The notes under the pieces: model-generated
What the model saw: the letters and a program-made list of their open reading frames with translations, nothing else
Told to the model about the DNA's origin: nothing
The model's database searches: none
In this document: one piece after another, positions 58,701-64,000 of the stretch
Position numbering within the stretch: position 1 is the stretch's first letter
Layout of the letters: the number at the start of each line of letters is the position of its first letter
Translations under genes and position numbers: made by a program
Origin: Macrostomum hystrix
Lineage: Eukaryota; Animalia; Platyhelminthes
DNA length: 64,000 nucleotides
Direction of reading: 5' to 3'
Assembly: GCA_950097015.1 (NCBI GenBank)
Contig: CATNEN010000003.1
Coordinates: forward strand, 1,550,001 to 1,614,000

Positions 58701-61435
58701 GTCTGTCTGTATTTGGTGTCTGTCAACCTGTCTCTAATTCCTTAGCATTCCAACCTGTGCCACCCAAAGGCTGACCCTATCGAACGTGTCCACATCCCAC
58801 CTGGAGCCTCTATCTGGCATTCGGTTGCTGCAGTTTGACTCAATCGCGCGCCAAATCCGTATTTGGAATCTAGCAAATCAACAGACTACTAAATACGAAG
58901 GAAACCTTGTTCAGTAAGCATTATCGTTTGTCCTTATGTTTCTACTATCTCTTTTATCCCATCCGTTTTTTTCATTTGGGAGCTTTTTACCGGAAGGTCG
59001 CGAGTTCGAATCAAAGCTCAAATGAAACCGTTTGTATACCAGCCCGTATTATTATATTATCTCACTTACAGCCTTCGATACTACTTCTTTAGTTTGTAAG
59101 TAGTCCGATACGCAAAATATTCAATAGTCTGAAAAACTCAATTAAAAACAATTCCTGATAGTTCCTAACACAAATTTGCACTTCAGAATTAATCTGGAAA
59201 ATGCCTTAGCAGCATTCGAAGCTGTTGTCAGTGTGAATGCCAATGGACCAGCTAATCAGGCCTACTTGCAAACTGATTTGCGGAAAATTATTACTGTTAA
59301 TTTTGGTGAGTTTACTTAATCTGTCGATTTGCGTGCGTGTCATGTCTGTATATTTTTAAGATTCTCTGGATTTTTTCAATCAATAGGTAATTATTTTGAA
59401 AATGCTTTAATGTTTCTTGAATTTATTGATTAATTCTTTCATGACTGTACTTTTAATTTTAACTACAGACTTCTTTCTTCTTGATTAATTTGCTCTCCTA
59501 ATTATTCGCCTGGAGACTATATTGTTTAATCAACTAAGCTTTAGTCAATAGTTGGTTCCCCATTTTAACTTGAATTGTGTGAGTTGTAGCATAACCTGGT
59601 AGCTAGTTACTCTTTAGTGCTAAATTGGAATTTACGAAATTTCTTAGAGAGTTCCATTAGTGCAAATCTCATTTTGTACTTTAAACAATTCTTGATTCAA
59701 CTAGTTAGTACAGACAGACATCATCGTGTTGAAATTGCGAATTCGTATTTAAAATTATGAAACTAAACTAAATTGAATCATCTAATTAATATCAAAATCC
59801 TCATATTCGAGTATAGATTTTTTTAATACAATAAAATCCCGAATAACCATACTGAAATTAAGAATACCAAAATTAAAATAAAAAATCCTGAGATTAAAAT
59901 CCCGAATTCTCAATTCCAAATCCCGAGTCCTAAAAATTCAAATCCTGAATCCTAAAATTCAAATCCCGAATTCCCAAATTCAAATCCCGAATCCTAAAAT
60001 TCAAATCCCGAGTCGTAAAAATTCAAATCCCGAATCCTAAAAATTCAAATCGCGAATTCTCAGATTCAAATCCGTAATCTTAAATTAAAAATCCCGAGTT
60101 CTAAATTCCAAATCCCGAGTCCTAAAAATTCAAATCCTGAATCCTAAAATTCAAATCCCGAATCCTAAAATTCAAATCCGTAATCTTAAATAAAAAATCC
60201 CGAGTCCTAAATTCCAAATCCCGAGTCCTAAAAATTCAAATCCTGAATCCTAAAAATCAAATCCCGAATCCTAAAATTCAAATCCCGATTCCTAAAATTC
60301 AAATCCCGATTCCTAAAATTCAAATCCGTAATCTTAAATTTAAAATCCCGATTCCTAAAATTAAAATCCCGGATCGTAAAATTCAAATCCCGGTTTCTAA
60401 AATTTAAATCCCGAATCCTAAAATTCAAATCCCGATTCCTAAAATTCAAATCCGTAATCTTAAATTTAAAATCCCGATTCCTAAAATTAAAATCCCGGAT
60501 CGTAAAATTCAAATCCCGAATCCTAAAATTCAAATCCCGAATCCTAAAATTCAAATCCCGATTCCTAAAATTCAAATCCCGAATCCTAAAATTCAAATCC
60601 CGAATCCTAAAATTCAAATCCCGATTCCTAAAATTAAAATCCCGAATCCTTAGGTTCAAATCCGGAATTCTGAATTCTCAAGGTTGAACTCAGAATCCTC
60701 ATAATAAAATCTCGAATCTCGAAATTCAAATTACAACTCCCTTAGTAGTAGAATATCCTCAAATTGAAGTCCTAAGTATAAAAATTCTTGAATGGTTTAT
60801 CACTGGAAAATTTTGTCCACATCTAAATCGAATCCTCATCTTTAACCGGAGCCCAGTTCATTTCTCAACTCGATTCCAGCCTCCGGCACTATCAACTCGT
60901 CCGAAGTGGCAGACCTACTGGAGCCCTGCCCTCTGACTGACCTAACCGCATTTGGCGATGGCCAGTCTAGCCAAGTTCTGCTTTGTCTGTCCGACACTTT
61001 GAATCTCTACTGCCTGGCTCTGAAAGAATATTCGCCAGCTAGTGTGATAGCTCGAGTCAATGGTGTGACTTCGTACTGCCTGCACGACAGCTTCCTACTT
61101 GTAACCGGAGTGTCGCATGTTCTAGTGTCAGTAGATCGTAGGTCGTCATCATCAGCGACTTCAATTAGCGACGCCTTTCATTCCCTAGCCGACGATTTAA
61201 GTCGTGACCAGCGGCAACAGCAGCAGCAGCGGCAGCAACTGGCGACGCGTCACAATGCGGCTAACGATCCGCGCGGTTGCTATAGCGACCGGGTGCGTCG
61301 AATCGAACGCGGAGCCAAATTAGTCGCTTGCTGCTCCAACGATAGCCTGACAGTACTGCAGATGCCAAGAGGAAATCTGGAGGGCATACATCCCAGATCC
61401 CTTGTCCTGCTGAGAGTATCTGCTCTGCTAGATCG
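52746..61435 (+). CDS. ELP1: Elongator complex protein 1 (IKBKAP), 5' part; exons include 52746-53111, 53462-53624, 53700-53785, 54314-54700, ~56065-56149, ~56242-56472, ~57502-57817, ~58746-58913, ~59187-59305, ~60880-61435; continues beyond window
   Basis: AVSWSP, GWGKKETQFHGSAGK, ISWRGD, LDWRPSGSLIA, LERNGLCHGEF, WNSSSEVL, QLWSSCNYHWYL, VTPLRLALVPPPM, RRIERGAKLV, LQMPRGNLEGIHPR. Confidence 0.92.
53147..53385 (-). mobile_element. SINE family B (53147-53332) abutting a family A fragment (53336-53385)
   Basis: Reverse-complement matches to both families in ELP1 intron 1. Confidence 0.8.
54750..56045. repeat. 25-bp intronic minisatellite (ACTCCAGCTACACTCTACCCAACCC)n
   Basis: ELP1 intron after the 54700 donor. 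Confidence 0.96.
56555..56960. repeat. ~26-bp intronic minisatellite (TCGATAATCAATCGATAATCTTCTGA)n
   Basis: Direct reading. Confidence 0.93.
57045..57405 (-). mobile_element. SINE family A, full length
   Basis: (AAT)n tail at left; head gggtcggtggcagagcag..GTTCGATTCC on the minus strand. Confidence 0.88.
57930..58725. repeat. 25-bp (later 21-bp) intronic minisatellite (TGTCTGTATTTGGTGTCTGCCTATC)n
   Basis: Direct reading. Confidence 0.96.
59885..60660. repeat. 21-bp intronic minisatellite (AAATCCCGAATCCTAAAATTC)n
   Basis: Direct reading. Confidence 0.94.
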
Positions 61436-61499
61436 GTCAGTTATTAGCTTTTGTTGTTCTTTGGCTGTCATGTCTGTCTATTCCGCTCCTCTCATGTCT

Positions 61500-62165
61500 G
61501 TAACTTCCGCCCCCTCTACTCTCTATAACCTCCGCTCTTCCGCCCCTCTTCTGTCTAGTCCTTCCGCTCTTCCGCCCCTCTACTGTCTAGTCCTTCCGCT
61601 CTTCCGCCCCCTCAACTGTCTAGTCGTTCCGCTCTTCCGCGCCTCTACTCTCTATAACCTCCGCTTTTCCGCCCCTCTACTCTCTATAACCTCCGCTTTT
61701 CCGCCCCTCTACTCTCTATAACCTCCGCTCTTCCGCCCCTCTACTGTCTAGTCCTTCCGCTCTTCCGCGCCTCTACTCTCTATAACCTCCGCTCTTCCGC
61801 CCCTCTACTCTCTAGTCCTTCCGCTCTTCCGCGCCTCTACTCTCTATAACCTCCGCTCTTCCGCGCCTCTACTGTCTAGTCGTTCCGCTCTTCCGCGCCT
61901 CTACTGTCTAGTCCTTCCGCTCTTCCGCCCCCTCAACTGTCTAGTCCTTCCGCTCTTCCGCGCCTCTACTGTCTAGTCCTTCCGCTCTTCCGCCCCCTCA
62001 ACTGTCTAGTCCTTCCGCTCTTCCGCGCCTCTACTGTCTAGTCGTTCCGCTCTTCCGCGCCTCTACTCTCTATAACCTCCGCTCTTCCGCCCCTCTACTG
62101 TCTAGTCCTTCCGCTCTTCCGCCCCTCTACTCTCTATAACCTCCGCTCTTCCGCCCTTCTACTGT
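61500..62165. repeat. ~32-bp pyrimidine-rich intronic minisatellite (CTTCCGCTCTTCCGCCCCTCTACTGTCTAGTC)n
   Basis: Two alternating unit variants. Confidence 0.94.
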
Positions 62166-63029
62166 CAGTGAATTCTGCCCTTGTTAAAATCTAACATTAG
62201 TCGCAACTTTTAACTAATTAATTAGCGTTGGTTCCTTACGTTACTTTGTACATTTGTCAATTATGTTTATTATGTTATTATATTTCCGTTAATTACCTAA
62301 TTTACTCAAACTAAGTGCTTCACTCTAAATCGAATGGGTGTATTTTTGTTTTAAATAGTCAACGTCAATAAAAGCTTAGTGCTAATTAGTAGAAGCTAAA
62401 CTACAAAAGCAGATATAAGGTCAAGCAGAAAATTGAACTCAACTTGCTTTTTATTGTTTTCTGTCTTCTGAAAACTGTTGTGCATCGCAGTCGATAATCA
62501 AATATTTAAACATTTATTTTTATGTTTTGCCCCTCCTGCATGCACAATTAACGGTACTCTTCTACTTTTGCTACTATTGGGAAAGGAAATTTGATTAACA
62601 GCACCAGAAGTCAGATGGGCTAGATTAGTTGGCTTCTGTTTGTCCCTGCTTTTTTCAGATTGACTGCCATCTGTCTCACTACTGAACAATGTCCCAATGT
62701 CAATGTATTATTTTTTGCAATAGGATTTTTTCTGCAGCTATGTGGGAGGACTGTCACTGTTCTCTATTATTCCTTTAGAAAACTAATTAAGTAGATTGTC
62801 AGAGCAAACTTCCATTTTAACAAATTCTTAAACAGCCTCCTTGTTTCTGGGGAAATTTTCGAGATTAACTTTTCTGTTGCAATGTTCAAATACATTTTTG
62901 AAGCATCTGCAATGTTCTATAATTAGATTATCCTAGCTCGTATTTGCTATTAATTCAGTGCTGCAGCACTGACATGTCTAGTACAGTCTTCTATAATCCA
63001 TTCTATAAAGTTACAACATATTCTAAACT

Positions 63030-64000
63030 GTTCTAATATCTTCTAGACTGTTCTAATCTAGGCTGTGCTGTTCTAATCTAGTCTGGGCTGTTCTAATCTA
63101 GTCTGGACTGTTCTAATCTAGTCTGGACTGTTCTAATCTAGTCTGGACTGTTCTAATCTAGTCTGGGCTGTTCTAATCTAGTCTGGACTGTTCTAATCTA
63201 GTCTGGACTGTTCTAATCTAGTCTAGACTGTTCTAATCTAGTCTGGACTGTTCTAATCTAGTCTAGACTGTTCTAATCTAGTCTGGACTGTTCTAATCTA
63301 GTCTAGACTGTTCTAATCTAGTCTGGACTGTTCTAATCTAGTCTGGACTGTTCTAATCTAGTCTGGGCTGTTCTAATCTAGTCTGGACTGTTCTAATCTA
63401 GTCTGGACTGTTCTAATCTAGTCTGGGCTGTTCTAATCTAGTCTGGGCTGTTCTAATCTAGTCTGGACTGTTCTAATCTAGTCTGGACTGTTCTAATCTA
63501 GTCTGGGCTGTTCTAATCTAGTCTGGACTGTTCTAATCTAGTCTGGGCTGTTCTAATCTAGTCTGGACTGTTCTAATCTAGTCTAGACTGTTCTAATCTA
63601 GTCTGGGCTGTTCTAATCTAGTCTGGGCTGTTCTAATCTAGTCTGGACTGTTCTAATCTAGTCTGGACTGTTCTAATCTAGTCTGGACTGTTCTAATCTA
63701 GTCTAGACTGTTCTAATCTAGTCTGGACTGTTCTAATCTAGTCTGGGCTGTTCTAATCTAGTCTGGGCTGTTCTAATCTAGTCTGGACTGTTCTAATCTA
63801 GTCTAGACTGTTCTAATCTAGTCTGGACTGTTCTAATCTAGTCTGGACTGTTCTAATCTAGTCTGGGCTGTTCTAATCTAGTCTGGGCTGTTCTAATCTA
63901 GTCTGGACTGTTCTAATCTAGTCTGGGCTGTTCTAATCTCGTCTAGACTGTTCTAATCTAGTCTGGACTGTTCTAATCTAGTCTAGACTGTTCTAATCTC
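63030..64000. repeat. 20-bp minisatellite (GTTCTAATCTAGTCTGGACT)n, runs off the window
   Basis: ~48 units. Confidence 0.98.

Noticed and set aside
62498-63000. Minus-strand coding-like remnants in the ELP1 intron (also 50507-50704 and 23400-23618)
   Set aside because: Short, interrupted by stops, no recognisable motif.

Overview
Eukaryotic (metazoan) genomic DNA. It has GT-AG introns, GC-richer exons and about 25 unrelated minisatellite arrays filling introns and spacers. This overall style, plus a gene that seems to need an AUG-terminated spliced leader, suggests a free-living flatworm such as Macrostomum (inference). Hand-spliced genes, left part: a PDI-family protein with two CxxS sites (+), a synaptotagmin-7-like gene (+), an SSUH2-like zinc-finger gene (-) and an unrecognised multi-exon type I membrane protein (-). 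Right part: seven co-oriented (+) genes, namely ERCC3/XPB, BCS1L, ACBD6, SOAT/ACAT, NUDCD3, a TMEM272-like gene and ELP1 (runs off the window). Most have a splice acceptor just upstream of the start. BCS1L has no in-frame ATG of its own and begins in phase 0 right after an acceptor. This fits SL trans-splicing in which the leader supplies the initiator AUG, within a possible operon. Mobile DNA: three tRNA-headed SINE families (several copies with target-site duplications), a decayed Merlin/IS1595-type transposase between TIRs, and several MITEs. All splice and homology calls were made by eye; no searches were run.
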